From: an uncultured bacterium | GTDB lineage: Bacteria; SAR324; NAC60-12 | DNA: 64,000 bases | Assembly: GCA_965662235.1 (NCBI GenBank) | Contig: CBFIGY010000001.1 | Span: forward strand, 64,001-128,000 | Direction of reading: 5' to 3' | Shown here: piece by piece, positions 9,209 through 19,323 of the stretch | Position numbering within the stretch: position 1 is the stretch's first letter | Layout of the letters: every line of letters begins with the position of its first letter | Position numbers and translations under genes: made by a program | Notes under the pieces: generated by a model | The model's input: only the letters and a program-made list of their open reading frames with translations | Databases searched by the model: none | What the model was told of the DNA's origin: nothing

Positions 9209-9348
9209 GGTTTGGTGTATCCGGACATTGAGTAGAGATGTGGCTTGCTCTCGCTTTCAGAAACATTCAGCATACACGGTTCAGGTAAAAACGCACCTCT
9301 CAATCGCGGGTTTCCGTCTCTGCCAACCCGACTGTTTCCCTACTGAAG

Positions 9349-9960
9349 ATGATCGCCTACCTCGAAGGCTCCGTGCTCCGTGTTGCTGCGGATCGGCTGG
9401 TGCTCAAGACCGCCGGTGGAGTCGGATACGCCGTGCATGCCCCGCAGTCGCTGCTGGCCTCGGTTCGCCCGGAAGCCGAACTCACGCTGCACCTCCATAC
9501 GCACGTCCGTGAAGACGAGCTCACCCTCTACGGCTTCCGTAGCCCTGACGAATGCACCCTCTTTGAGATGCTCATCAAGACCTCCGGAGTGGGTCCCAAG
9601 ATGGCACTGGCCGCCCTCTCGACGCTCGCGCCTCCGGACCTAGTGGCCGCAGTGGAACGGGGAGACGCTGATGCCTTCAGTCGGGTTCCCGGGATTGGCA
9701 AGAAGACCGCGACCAAGCTCTGCCTCGACATGCGGGACCAGCTCAAGAAGCACCCGCTGCCCAACCTGACCTCTGGCCCTATGACGGACCTGCCTCTGCC
9801 TGGAGCAAGCGAGCCGGATGCCGATGGGGTGCTGTCAGCCTTGAAAAACATGGGGTTTGCCGAACGGGAGGTCCTCCCCCTCCTTCGGCAGCTGGACCCG
9901 GAGGCGCCGTTTGAAGAGCGGTTCAAGAAAGCGCTTTCCTTGTTGAACCCCCTGCGTTAA
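9349..9960 (+). CDS. ruvA: Holliday junction DNA-binding protein RuvA
   Basis: [37 protein letters not shown]. Confidence 0.95.
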   Translation: MIAYLEGSVLRVAADRLVLKTAGGVGYAVHAPQSLLASVRPEAELTLHLHTHVREDELTLYGFRSPDECTLFEMLIKTSGVGPKMALAALSTLAPPDLVAAVERGDADAFSRVPGIGKKTATKLCLDMRDQLKKHPLPNLTSGPMTDLPLPGASEPDADGVLSALKNMGFAEREVLPLLRQLDPEAPFEERFKKALSLLNPLR

Positions 9961-10004
9961 AAAGAGGCCGAACTCCGCCTTTCAACCTCAACCAACGAGA
10001 TACC

Positions 10005-10475
10005 ATGGCTAGCCTCAACAAAGTAATGCTGATCGGCAATCTGGGACGCGACCCAGAGATCCGCTACACGCAGAGCGGAAGCGCCGTGGCCAATTTTTCC
10101 ATTGCCACTACCGACCGGTGGACGGACAAAAACGGACAGCTTCAGGAGCGCACAGAGTGGCACAACATTGTGCTCTTCGACCGCCTGGCCGACCTTGCAC
10201 AGTCGTACCTGAAGAAGGGATCACAGGTGTTCATTGAGGGCAAACTCCAGACCCGCAACTGGGACGATCAGCAGGGCGTCAAGCACTACCGGACAGAGGT
10301 CGTGGGGAACATCATGCAGTTCCTCGATCGACGTCCCACCCAAGGCGCCTCAGAGACTGAAGCCCAGGCCCCGACTCCAAGCAGTCCTCCGGCCCAGGCT
10401 CCCGCCTCTGCGACAGAAGCGGTCTCGGATCCCGGCCCCAGCGAGGAGTACATCAAGGACGACATTCCGTTCTAA
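10005..10475 (+). CDS. ssb: Single-stranded DNA-binding protein
   Basis: [19 protein letters not shown]-terminal DDIPF. Confidence 0.97.
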   Translation: MASLNKVMLIGNLGRDPEIRYTQSGSAVANFSIATTDRWTDKNGQLQERTEWHNIVLFDRLADLAQSYLKKGSQVFIEGKLQTRNWDDQQGVKHYRTEVVGNIMQFLDRRPTQGASETEAQAPTPSSPPAQAPASATEAVSDPGPSEEYIKDDIPF

Positions 10476-10583
10476 GCCACCACCGTCACCTCCTCTATGA
10501 ACCCGGAGGCGGTGCTGCCTCCACGGGTTCCTGCAGGCCTGTGGGCTTTTGGCCACAGCCGCCTCTGAACCGACCCCAAGCCC

Positions 10584-13500
10584 ATGCGTCTCAAAAGCCT
10601 GAAGGCCTCTGGCTTCAAATCCTTTTGTCATCCGGTGGAGCTGGAGTTTCAGCAGAACGGAATCACCATTGTGGTGGGCCCCAACGGCTGCGGCAAAAGC
10701 AATGTGGTCGATGCCATCCGCTGGGTTCTTGGCGAGCAGCGGGCCCGGCACCTGCGGGGAGGCGCCATGGAGGATGTCATCTTTGCCGGAAGCGCCTTCC
10801 AGAAGCCCTCCGGCGTTGCCGAGGTCACCCTCACCTTCCTCAATCCCCAGGGCGACACCCTCCGACAGTACCACGAGTACACCGAAATCGCCGTCACCCG
10901 ACGCCTCTACCGTAGCGGCGAAAGCGCCTACCTCATCAACAAAACCCCCGTCCGCCTCATGGACATCCGGGAGCTGTTCATGGACACCGGTGTCGGCGGA
11001 ACCGGCTACTCGATTGTTGAACAGGGCCGCGTCGGCGAAATGGTGAGCGCCAAGCCTTCTGAACGCCGAACCCTCATTGACGATGCTGCCGGCATCATCA
11101 AGTTCCGCACCAAGCGCCAGACGGCCGAAAGGCGCCTGGAAGAGACGCAGCAAAACCTGCTCCGGGTCAATGACCTGCTCAATGAACTCAAGGACCAGGA
11201 AGAGGCCCTCCGGGATCAGGTGGAGAAGGCTCGGATCTACCTGGACCTCCAGCAACGCAGCGCCGCACTGGAGCTGCACCACACCCTCCTCCAGTGGACT
11301 CAGGCGGAAGCTCAGGAAACCCAGACGCAGCAGACCCTGAGCAACCTAGAACAGCAGCAGCAGGCCCAGCAGACCGAAAAGGAGGTTCTGGAAATGCGTC
11401 TGCAGCAGGTCAGCCTGGAACAGGTCCAACGCGGCACCCGGCTTTCTGAAAAACGAGAGGCCCTGCACCAGCAGGAACGCCGCATCCAGGAGGCGGAAAA
11501 CCAGCGGGCCCTGGAGCAGCAAAGCATGGCCAACCTCCGGGAGCAGCAGGCCCAGCGCGACACCGAACGCCACACCCTCACTCAGCGGGCTCAGGAGCTG
11601 GACGTTGAGCAGCAAACCGCCGTTGCTCAAGCCGAGCACCTGAGCGATCAAGAAGACCAACTCCGGGAGGAGGTTGAAGCCGTTGAGGCCACACGCCTTG
11701 GCGAGACCGAAGCCCTTCAGGAGGCCCAGCGGCAACTTCAGGCTGCCCAGCGGGACCTGCTGCGGCTGCACACGGACCTGACCAACCAGACCAACCAACG
11801 GGGCTTCCTTGGCGAACGGCTGGAGCAGCAGGAAGGGAGACGCCTTCAGCTGCACACCCAGCAGCAAACCGGAGAAACCCTCCTCCTCACGCTTCAGCAG
11901 CAACGGCAGGAACAGCAAACCCGACTCGAAGCCCAGCAGCAACGGCAGGAAGCCCTTGAGCAACAGCGGGACGACCTGGACGCCCAGCTGGCGGAGCAGG
12001 CCACTCAGGTCACTCAAGCCGAGACTCAGCTCCGGGAACAGCAGATTCAGCTCGACTCCAAGCGGTCGCGCCTGCAGTCCCTACAGCAGATTCAGCTCCA
12101 ACACGAAGGCTTTGGCGACAGCACGCGGGCCTTTCTGGAACAACTGGAGCAGCATCCGGAAGCCGCCGAAGCCCTAGGGGTCGTGGGCCTGCTGGCCGAC
12201 ACCGTTGAAGCACACCCGGAGGCCTTGGAGGCCGTGGCGCCGGTGCTCGCAGAGATGCTTGACTGGGTTCTGGTTCGGAGCACCCAAAACCTGCCCGCCC
12301 TAGAACGCTTCTGCCAGCAGCACCAGCTCGGACGCCTGAACGTCGTACCACTCGATCTGATTCCCCCTTCCTCCACAGAGTTGGGCCCGAGCGTGGCACC
12401 GCAGCTGCGGTTTGCTGAGTCCGTCCGTCCGTGGGCAGAAGCCTTCTTCGGAAACATCCACCCCACTCCTGCTGAATGGGATGCGCTGCCTCAGTCACTC
12501 GAGGCCACAGCCCACTGGGTCAACACCGCAGGCAGCTTCTGGTTTGCCAACAGCCTCCGCCTGGGGAAACTCCAGGAAAGCGCTCTGGGGGTACTCAAAC
12601 GCCAGCAGGAGGTCCGGGAACTGGAAGAGGCCACCCTGCACCTGGAAGAGGCACTGGACGCCCAACGTCAGATCCTGGACACCCTCCGGGACCAGCAGGA
12701 GGCCCTGAGTGCCCAGCGAGAGGAGGTCCTTGGACAGTTCCGGACCCTGGAGCTGGATGGGCTGGCCTACCGCAAGGAGCTTGAGCACACGGAGATCGAG
12801 CTGCGGCGCGCTGAACACGCCCGGCGAGAGGTGCTTCAGGACCTAGAGCGGCTGGGACAGGAAGTGGAAAACCTCAAGCAGCGCCGTGCCGAAGTGGAGG
12901 TGAAGCTGGAGGAGCTTGAAGCAGCGAGGCAGAGCCGAGAGGCGCAGGTGGAGGTGCACCAGCAGCAGATTGAGGCGCAGTCTCAGCGCATGGAGGCGCT
13001 CAGTGAAAACCTGACGGAGAAGCGTGTCCGGCGGTCGGAACTTCAGGAGCAGCTCCGCGGACTGAATGCCACCCAGCAGCGGGTGGAGCGTGAGCAGGAA
13101 ACCACTCGGCAGCGGCTCGCACAGCTTGACGCCAATCAAACCCTGGAGGCCCAGAGACTGGAAACCAGCCGGCAGCGGATTGAAGACATTGACGCCAGCT
13201 TTGGCCCGCTCCTGCAGACACGTCAGGACCTGCAAGCCGAGCTGGCAGAGGAGTCACGACAGCACGCCGCTCAGGACGTTGTGCAGGAGGAGCTCCGGGA
13301 CCAGCTCCGCGGTCAGCAAGGGCGGCTGGAGGACACCAACCGGCAGTTCAATGCCGCCTCCATCAAGCTGACGGAATTCCGCATGCAGCGGACCCAGTGG
13401 GAAGAGAAGATTGCCGAACTCAGCGAGTCTCCACTGGAAGAGCTGCGCAAGCAGGTTCCGGACAACGCCCAGGACTTTCAGGAGATGAGCCGCGAAATTC

Positions 13501-14141
13501 GCTCGCTCCGGGCGCGGATGAACGCCATGGGCGCCGTCAACCTGACGGCTCCGGAAGAGCACGCGACCTTGCTGGAACGCCTAGGCTTCATTGCCACCCA
13601 GTCCGGTGACCTGCAGCAGGCGGTGGAGGACCTGAAATCCACCATCCATGACATCAACCGTGAGTCCCGGAAGCGCTTCCGCGAGATGTTTGAGCAGATC
13701 AACATCAAGTTTGGCGAACTGTTTTCCTCTCTGTTTGGAGGAGGCGAGGCCCGGATGGTTCTGACCGAATCAGAGGACCTGCTGGAGGCTGGCGTGGAGA
13801 TTGTCGCTCAGCCTCCGGGCAAGAAGCTTCAGAACCTGAACCTCCTTTCAGGTGGAGAAAAGGCCCTCACCGCCATCTCGTTGATTTTTGCCATTTTCCT
13901 TATCAAACCGAGCCCATTTTGTCTGCTGGATGAGGTCGATGCCCCTCTGGATGACGCGAACGTTTCCCGCTTCAATCGGCTGATCCAGAAGTTGACGGAT
14001 AATGCGCAGTTCATCATAATTACTCATAATAAGAAAACGATGGAAATCGGCCAGCGCCTGTATGGGATTACCATGGAAGAGCCCGGAATTTCCAAGACCG
14101 TTTCTGTCCGTTTTCAAGAGGCCGAGCAGCTGGTGGACTAA
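10584..14141 (+). CDS. smc: Chromosome segregation protein SMC
   Basis: GFKSF, GPNGCGKSN, coiled coils with hinge, LSGGEKAL, LDEVDAPLD. Confidence 0.97.
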   Translation: MRLKSLKASGFKSFCHPVELEFQQNGITIVVGPNGCGKSNVVDAIRWVLGEQRARHLRGGAMEDVIFAGSAFQKPSGVAEVTLTFLNPQGDTLRQYHEYTEIAVTRRLYRSGESAYLINKTPVRLMDIRELFMDTGVGGTGYSIVEQGRVGEMVSAKPSERRTLIDDAAGIIKFRTKRQTAERRLEETQQNLLRVNDLLNELKDQEEALRDQVEKARIYLDLQQRSAALELHHTLLQWTQAEAQETQTQQTLSNLEQQQQAQQTEKEVLEMRLQQVSLEQVQRGTRLSEKREALHQQERRIQEAENQRALEQQSMANLREQQAQRDTERHTLTQRAQELDVEQQTAVAQAEHLSDQEDQLREEVEAVEATRLGETEALQEAQRQLQAAQRDLLRLHTDLTNQTNQRGFLGERLEQQEGRRLQLHTQQQTGETLLLTLQQQRQEQQTRLEAQQQRQEALEQQRDDLDAQLAEQATQVTQAETQLREQQIQLDSKRSRLQSLQQIQLQHEGFGDSTRAFLEQLEQHPEAAEALGVVGLLADTVEAHPEALEAVAPVLAEMLDWVLVRSTQNLPALERFCQQHQLGRLNVVPLDLIPPSSTELGPSVAPQLRFAESVRPWAEAFFGNIHPTPAEWDALPQSLEATAHWVNTAGSFWFANSLRLGKLQESALGVLKRQQEVRELEEATLHLEEALDAQRQILDTLRDQQEALSAQREEVLGQFRTLELDGLAYRKELEHTEIELRRAEHARREVLQDLERLGQEVENLKQRRAEVEVKLEELEAARQSREAQVEVHQQQIEAQSQRMEALSENLTEKRVRRSELQEQLRGLNATQQRVEREQETTRQRLAQLDANQTLEAQRLETSRQRIEDIDASFGPLLQTRQDLQAELAEESRQHAAQDVVQEELRDQLRGQQGRLEDTNRQFNAASIKLTEFRMQRTQWEEKIAELSESPLEELRKQVPDNAQDFQEMSREIRSLRARMNAMGAVNLTAPEEHATLLERLGFIATQSGDLQQAVEDLKSTIHDINRESRKRFREMFEQINIKFGELFSSLFGGGEARMVLTESEDLLEAGVEIVAQPPGKKLQNLNLLSGGEKALTAISLIFAIFLIKPSPFCLLDEVDAPLDDANVSRFNRLIQKLTDNAQFIIITHNKKTMEIGQRLYGITMEEPGISKTVSVRFQEAEQLVD

Positions 14142-14179
14142 CCGGCGCGGCCCTTCCTCTCTCTAGCTACCACAGGATC

Positions 14180-15457
14180 ATGGACGTTAAGATTTACCAG
14201 GGATTTGCAGCCTTCCGTGAGGTTTTTGAAACGGAAAACACCTTTGACGTCTCAGACGCCGTGCGGGACATCCTCAAAGCCGTGCAGCAGCAAGGCGACG
14301 CGGCGGTTCGGGCCTACACCGAGCGCTTCGACGGGGTCACGCTGGAGGCTCTGCGGGTGCCTCAGGCGGCCATGCAGCAGGCGTTGGACGCGTTGCCGAC
14401 CGACCTCCGGGAGGTGCTAGAGGAAGCAGCTTCCAACATCCGAGACTTCCATGAGCGTCAGAAGCGTGAGAGCGAGCTGGAGTTTCATCCGGATGGCACC
14501 GTGCTGGGCTGGAAGGTCACCCCGGTTGACAGCGCTGGCGTGTACATTCCCGGAGGCCGCGCCGCATACCCGTCTTCGCTGCTGATGAACGTCATTCCTG
14601 CGCAGGTGGCCGGAGTGCCTCGCATTGCCATGGTGTCGCCTCCGGGTAAGGAGAGTGGGCTTCCGCACCCACTGGTGATGGCCAGTGCAGCCCTCTGTGG
14701 CGTTGATGAGCTGTATGCCATCGGGGGCGCCCAGTCCGTCGGAGCCCTAGCCTATGGGACCGAGTCGATTGACCGAGTCGTCAAAATCACGGGGCCTGGA
14801 AATGCCTATGTTGCCGAGGCCAAGCGACAGGTCTACGGACGTGTGGGCATCGATTCCTTTGCCGGTCCGAGCGAGATCCTAATTGTCTGCGACCGCGCTG
14901 ACCTTTCTGTGGAGTACCTAGTCCGGGACCTTCTCTCTCAGGCGGAGCACGACCCAGAAGCCGGTGCCATTTTGGTAACGACGCATCCGGAGCAGGCAGA
15001 AGCGGTCGCGGCGCGTCTCAAGGAGCTGGTCCCCACTCTGCCCCGCCGGGAAATCATTGAAGCGTCCTTTGCCGCACGCTCCGCAATCATTGTGGTACCC
15101 ACCTTGGAAGAAGCCTTCGACGCGCTCAACGAGTTGGCTCCAGAGCACCTTGAAGTCCTCACCCAAAACCCAATGGAGGACCTGCACCGCATCCGAAACG
15201 CCGGGGCCATCTTCTTGGGGCCTCACACGCCGGAGCCTGTTGGAGACTACTTTGCGGGGCCCAACCACACCCTGCCCACTTCCGGATGTGCCAAGTTCTC
15301 CTCGCCACTAGGCGTGGAGGACTTTGTCAAGACCAGCTCTGTCCTCAGCTACTCTCCGGAGCGCCTGCGCCGTCAGGGGCCTGCGATCATCCGCTTTGCT
15401 GAAGAGGAGCAGCTATTTGCGCACGCGGCCGCAGTGCAGGTGCGCTTGGAATCGTGA
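14180..15457 (+). CDS. hisD: Histidinol dehydrogenase
   Basis: GVYIPGG, KITGPGNAYV, AGPSE, QAEHD, APEHLE, GDYFAGPNHTLPT. Confidence 0.95.
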   Translation: MDVKIYQGFAAFREVFETENTFDVSDAVRDILKAVQQQGDAAVRAYTERFDGVTLEALRVPQAAMQQALDALPTDLREVLEEAASNIRDFHERQKRESELEFHPDGTVLGWKVTPVDSAGVYIPGGRAAYPSSLLMNVIPAQVAGVPRIAMVSPPGKESGLPHPLVMASAALCGVDELYAIGGAQSVGALAYGTESIDRVVKITGPGNAYVAEAKRQVYGRVGIDSFAGPSEILIVCDRADLSVEYLVRDLLSQAEHDPEAGAILVTTHPEQAEAVAARLKELVPTLPRREIIEASFAARSAIIVVPTLEEAFDALNELAPEHLEVLTQNPMEDLHRIRNAGAIFLGPHTPEPVGDYFAGPNHTLPTSGCAKFSSPLGVEDFVKTSSVLSYSPERLRRQGPAIIRFAEEEQLFAHAAAVQVRLES

Positions 15458-15616
15458 CTCGATCAACGCGCGGCTGGCACTTTTGTCCGTAGCAGTACGT
15501 AAGCGGTTTTGCGCATAGGCATCTGCTTCGCCAACGTTATCCTGTAGACAACTTCATTGGTGCTCCCCCCACTGATGAATGAACCCCCCTTTTTTGGGAT
15601 TTCAGCAAGGAGTCTT

Positions 15617-16255
15617 ATGGAACGTTTCAAGAAGCTCGGACAATTGATTGCACTGGTTGGATTTGCCTTTGTGATCGGAGCCGTTTTTGCGTACACGAAG
15701 ATACAAGAAGGCTACCAGTCCCTGCAGTCCTTTAGCGCCGCTCAAAACGTTACCCTTTCCTACAATGATCAGGGCCAGCTCATTGACCGTGGGAAAGCGG
15801 AAGGCGCTCAGGCCATCATGAAGCTGCTGACGGAAGAGTGGGGTTATCCTGTGGTTGCCTCGGAATTTGATCCCAAGGATCCGCTGGTCAATACCGCCTC
15901 CGAGTACATGTATCAGATGGCCACCATCGGTTACCACGTGCTGCATGGGACGCAGACGGTGACCCTGCCCAAGAGTATGGAATACAAAGGAAAGGTGTAC
16001 TCGGCGGGTGTGCACAAGTTCCCGGTGGAAGGACGGTACTGGACCGGATTTGACCGCATGCACCCGCTGGAAGGTCCCGCCCGCGAAATGGCTTGGTCGG
16101 GAACCGCTCACGGCTTGATTGCAGAACTGGGAGTTGGCACGGTCACCGCTTCCACCCTGCAGTTGGGAATGGCCGTCGCCGGTTTGATGGCAGGGATCGG
16201 AGGGACCTTGATGCTCCTCGGATTCGGGCTCGGATGGGCCAGCCAGAAACCGTAA
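15617..16255 (+). CDS. Hypothetical membrane protein (N- and C-terminal TM helices)
   Basis: AAGGAG RBS before ATG 15617; hydrophobic termini; followed by a terminator. Confidence 0.8.
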   Translation: MERFKKLGQLIALVGFAFVIGAVFAYTKIQEGYQSLQSFSAAQNVTLSYNDQGQLIDRGKAEGAQAIMKLLTEEWGYPVVASEFDPKDPLVNTASEYMYQMATIGYHVLHGTQTVTLPKSMEYKGKVYSAGVHKFPVEGRYWTGFDRMHPLEGPAREMAWSGTAHGLIAELGVGTVTASTLQLGMAVAGLMAGIGGTLMLLGFGLGWASQKP

Positions 16256-16282
16256 CACTTCCCTCCTGAAAAGAACTCTGTT

Positions 16283-16316
16283 GCCTCGCTCTCCTCCCAG
16301 AGGGCGAGGCTTTTTT
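16283..16316 (+). terminator. Rho-independent terminator
   Basis: GCCTCGCTCT...AGGGCGAGGC stem followed by TTTTTT. Confidence 0.8.
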
Positions 16317-16324
16317 ATGCCCTC

Positions 16325-17119
16325 CTAAAAGACAAATCCCAGCCCCACCGTGGTCAGGGTGTGCTTGCCTTCAGATTCAAATGTGTCGCTATCTAGGATT
16401 TTCCCCAGTCCCTGAGTGCTATCGACCGTAGCCTCAGACTTGGTCTCTACGCTACGGTAACCCAGCAGCAGCTCAACGCCACCCAAGCGGTAACCAAAAT
16501 CCAGAAAATAAGAGAGTGCTGACTTTCCTTCAGACTCTACTTTTTCCGTTAGCAATCCTCCGTTCAATGACGCACCTGCAACCGTGTAGGTAATGTCCGT
16601 CTCTGAGTTGCTTCCCAGCAACGGCAAGCCTAATCCCGCTGATAAGGAAAAGGTCTCTCCTCCGAAAAGATAACCAATATCTAAAAAATTAACGTACCCT
16701 TTTGACTCTCGATTTCCAAGTAAAGTTCCATTACTGGAGATTCCTTCAAGAGTTGCTAGCGTAGCTGCCTTTGTCCCTGCACCTTGCGCATCAAGGGCAC
16801 TGGTTGACGTCCAAGAGCCTGTCTGGAAAGCCGCTGTTTTGAAGGCATTCGTGTGCTGATGCACTCCCACAACCCAGCCCCCTTCTGTTATGTACTGGAT
16901 TGTGTTTCCTCCCACTGTTTGCGTGTCTTTTCGATCTTCTGCCGACGCCGTAGCAAGCAAAGTTCCCGACGACCTATACTTCAGTGTTTGCTGTCCCAGC
17001 GAGGGGTCTTCGCTGGAAGTGCTGAGGGCGGTGCTGAGGCGCAGGCGACTCTCGGCATGGGCCGGAGCACTGAGGGCAAGCCCAAGGAGGGCCGCCGAGA
17101 AGAGGCGAGTAAACTTCAT
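16325..17119 (-). CDS. Putative outer-membrane beta-barrel protein
   Basis: Signal peptide MKFTRLFSAALLGLALSAPAHA; amphipathic strands; C-terminal TTVGLGFVF beta-signal. Confidence 0.75.
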   Translation of the reverse strand: MKFTRLFSAALLGLALSAPAHAESRLRLSTALSTSSEDPSLGQQTLKYRSSGTLLATASAEDRKDTQTVGGNTIQYITEGGWVVGVHQHTNAFKTAAFQTGSWTSTSALDAQGAGTKAATLATLEGISSNGTLLGNRESKGYVNFLDIGYLFGGETFSLSAGLGLPLLGSNSETDITYTVAGASLNGGLLTEKVESEGKSALSYFLDFGYRLGGVELLLGYRSVETKSEATVDSTQGLGKILDSDTFESEGKHTLTTVGLGFVF

Positions 17120-17361
17120 GGAACCGACTCCGTTTTGAGTAAAAAAATACCAAAGTTGCAATCACCCACAAAAAACACAATGAATGCACTTTGGCGACGA
17201 ATCCAACATGCACTCCTTATTCCACTCATCTGCAGAAATGGCCCGGTTTTAGAAAAAGTCACGGGGTCTCCGCAAAACCTCTTGCTTTTTGGTCGCTATG
17301 AGGAACAATCAAATCCACTTTTAGCGTCTCGCTTCTTTTTTACACCTTGGAGGAAAATCTT

Positions 17362-19323
17362 GTGAAGCCCGTCGGAACGTCCGGATCGGACACGTTCCCG
17401 AAGCTCCTGTTGGAGCACGCGCAGCAGCGTGGCTCGCGCCCAGCCTATCGTGAGAAGAACCTGGGCATTTGGCAAACGTGGACCTGGTCTCAGACTCGAG
17501 AAGAGGTGGCACAGCTGTCAGCGGGCCTGGTTTCCCTTGGATTGCGACGTGGAGACGCCGTCGCGATCGTAGGAGACAATCGCCCTCACCTTTACTGGAC
17601 CATCGTCGCCGCCCAAGCAGTGGGAGGCCTCCCCGTTCCCCTCTACCAAGACTCCGTTGCCGAGGAAATGATCCACGTCCTCAACAATGCGGACGTGCGC
17701 TTTGCCGTGGTGGAGAACCAGGAACAGGCGGACAAAATGCTGGAGGTCAAGGACCGCTGTCCGCAGCTGGAGTTCGTCATTTACGAAGACACCCGGGGCA
17801 TGCGGCACTACGACCAGCCCTTCCTTCACCAGTTTCAGGCGGTTCAGAGTCAAGGCGCGGCCTACCTGCAGGCCAACTCCGGTTTCTTCGAGACCGAGGT
17901 GGCTCAAGGAACCGGGGCAGACACGGCCATTTTGCTGTACACCTCTGGCACCACCGGGCTCCCGAAAGGCGTGGCCCTCAGCTTCGACAACCTGATCTTC
18001 AGTGGACAGGTCGGAAAGACCTTCGACTTCCTGACAGACGCCGAGGAGACCCTCGCGTACCTTCCCATGGCCTGGGTCGGTGACAACGTCTTCTCCATTG
18101 CACAGGCCTACGTCTGTGGCTTCTGCGTCAACTGCCCTGAGAGTCCTGAGACCGTGCTCACCGACCTCCGGGAGATCGGCCCCACTTACTACTTTGCGCC
18201 GCCTTCGGTCTATGAGCGGATGCTCACCCAGGTGATGATCCGCATTGAGGACGCCGGACGCTTCAAGCGTTGGCTCTTCAACACCTTCATGAAGGTCGCC
18301 CGCCGGTGCGGCACCGACATCCTCGACGGCAACCCCGTTTCCTTCTCCGACCGCCTCCTCTATGCCCTCGGCGAACTCACGATTTACGGACCGCTGAAAA
18401 ACGTTCTGGGCCTCAACCGCATCCGTGTTGCCTACACCGCCGGAGAAGCAATTGGTCCGGAGCTGTTCGCCTTCTTCCGGGCCCTTGGCATCAACATCAA
18501 GCAGCTTTACGGACAAACAGAGGCCTCCGTTTTCATCTGCGCGCAGCCCAATGGGCAGGTCCGTTCCGACACCGTGGGCCCTCCCATTCCGGGAATTGAG
18601 GTCCGCATTGACGATTCCGGAGAGGTCTTCTACCGGAGTCCCGGGGTCTTCCTGCACTACCACAAGAACCCGGAATCGACCGCCAAGACCAAGACCCCTG
18701 ACAACTGGGTCGCCACCGGAGATGCCGGCTTCTTCGACAACGAAGGGCACCTGAAGATCATTGACCGTGTTAAGGATGTCGGACGCATGAGCGATGGCAG
18801 CCTGTTTGCGCCCAAGTACGTGGAGAACAAGCTGAAGTTCTTTGCCTTCATCAAGCACGCCGTCTGCTTTGGAGATGGACGCGACTTTGCCACCGCCTTC
18901 ATCAACATTGACCTCAATGCGGTTGGGAACTGGGCGGAACGCAACGGGCTCGCCTACTCCGGCTACACCGACCTTTCCGCCCGGACAGAGGTCTATCAGC
19001 TCATTCAGGAGTGCGTTGAATCCGTCAACGCCGACCTCGCCCGAGACGAGAAACTCCGCAGCTCCCAGATCGCCCGGTTCCTGCTGCTGCATAAGGAGCT
19101 GGATGCCGATGACGGAGAATTGACCCGGACCAGCAAGGTCCGTCGCAACATTGTCGACGAACGCTACGGAACCCTCATTCAGGCGCTGTATGATCCGGCT
19201 CAGAAACGCTGCCAGATCGAATCCCTGATCACCTTTGAGGACGGGCGCAAAGGAACCCTCAAGGCCGACCTCGCCATCTGTGACTGCAAACGCGTCACCG
19301 AGCCCCTCAAGGCGGCCGCATGA
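17362..19323 (+). CDS. Long-chain acyl-CoA synthetase (AMP-binding)
   Basis: YTSGTTGLPKG, YGQTE, TGDAG, DRVKD; GGAGG RBS before GTG 17362. Confidence 0.9.
   Translation: MKPVGTSGSDTFPKLLLEHAQQRGSRPAYREKNLGIWQTWTWSQTREEVAQLSAGLVSLGLRRGDAVAIVGDNRPHLYWTIVAAQAVGGLPVPLYQDSVAEEMIHVLNNADVRFAVVENQEQADKMLEVKDRCPQLEFVIYEDTRGMRHYDQPFLHQFQAVQSQGAAYLQANSGFFETEVAQGTGADTAILLYTSGTTGLPKGVALSFDNLIFSGQVGKTFDFLTDAEETLAYLPMAWVGDNVFSIAQAYVCGFCVNCPESPETVLTDLREIGPTYYFAPPSVYERMLTQVMIRIEDAGRFKRWLFNTFMKVARRCGTDILDGNPVSFSDRLLYALGELTIYGPLKNVLGLNRIRVAYTAGEAIGPELFAFFRALGINIKQLYGQTEASVFICAQPNGQVRSDTVGPPIPGIEVRIDDSGEVFYRSPGVFLHYHKNPESTAKTKTPDNWVATGDAGFFDNEGHLKIIDRVKDVGRMSDGSLFAPKYVENKLKFFAFIKHAVCFGDGRDFATAFINIDLNAVGNWAERNGLAYSGYTDLSARTEVYQLIQECVESVNADLARDEKLRSSQIARFLLLHKELDADDGELTRTSKVRRNIVDERYGTLIQALYDPAQKRCQIESLITFEDGRKGTLKADLAICDCKRVTEPLKAAA

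Noticed and set aside
11300..12100. CAG/Gln-rich repetitiveness in smc
   Set aside because: Coiled-coil composition, not a DNA repeat array.
14180..15457. HpsN (sulfopropanediol dehydrogenase) instead of HisD
   Set aside because: QAEHD and GDY motifs fit HisD, and there are no sulfonate genes nearby.
15475..15492. TGGCAC as a possible sigma-54 promoter
   Set aside because: No GC at the -12 position.
17518..19092. Long antisense ORFs (also 22173-23633, 27481-29070, 45997-47046, 51259-52767)
   Set aside because: They shadow well-supported genes; expected from GC-rich codon usage and show no motifs.
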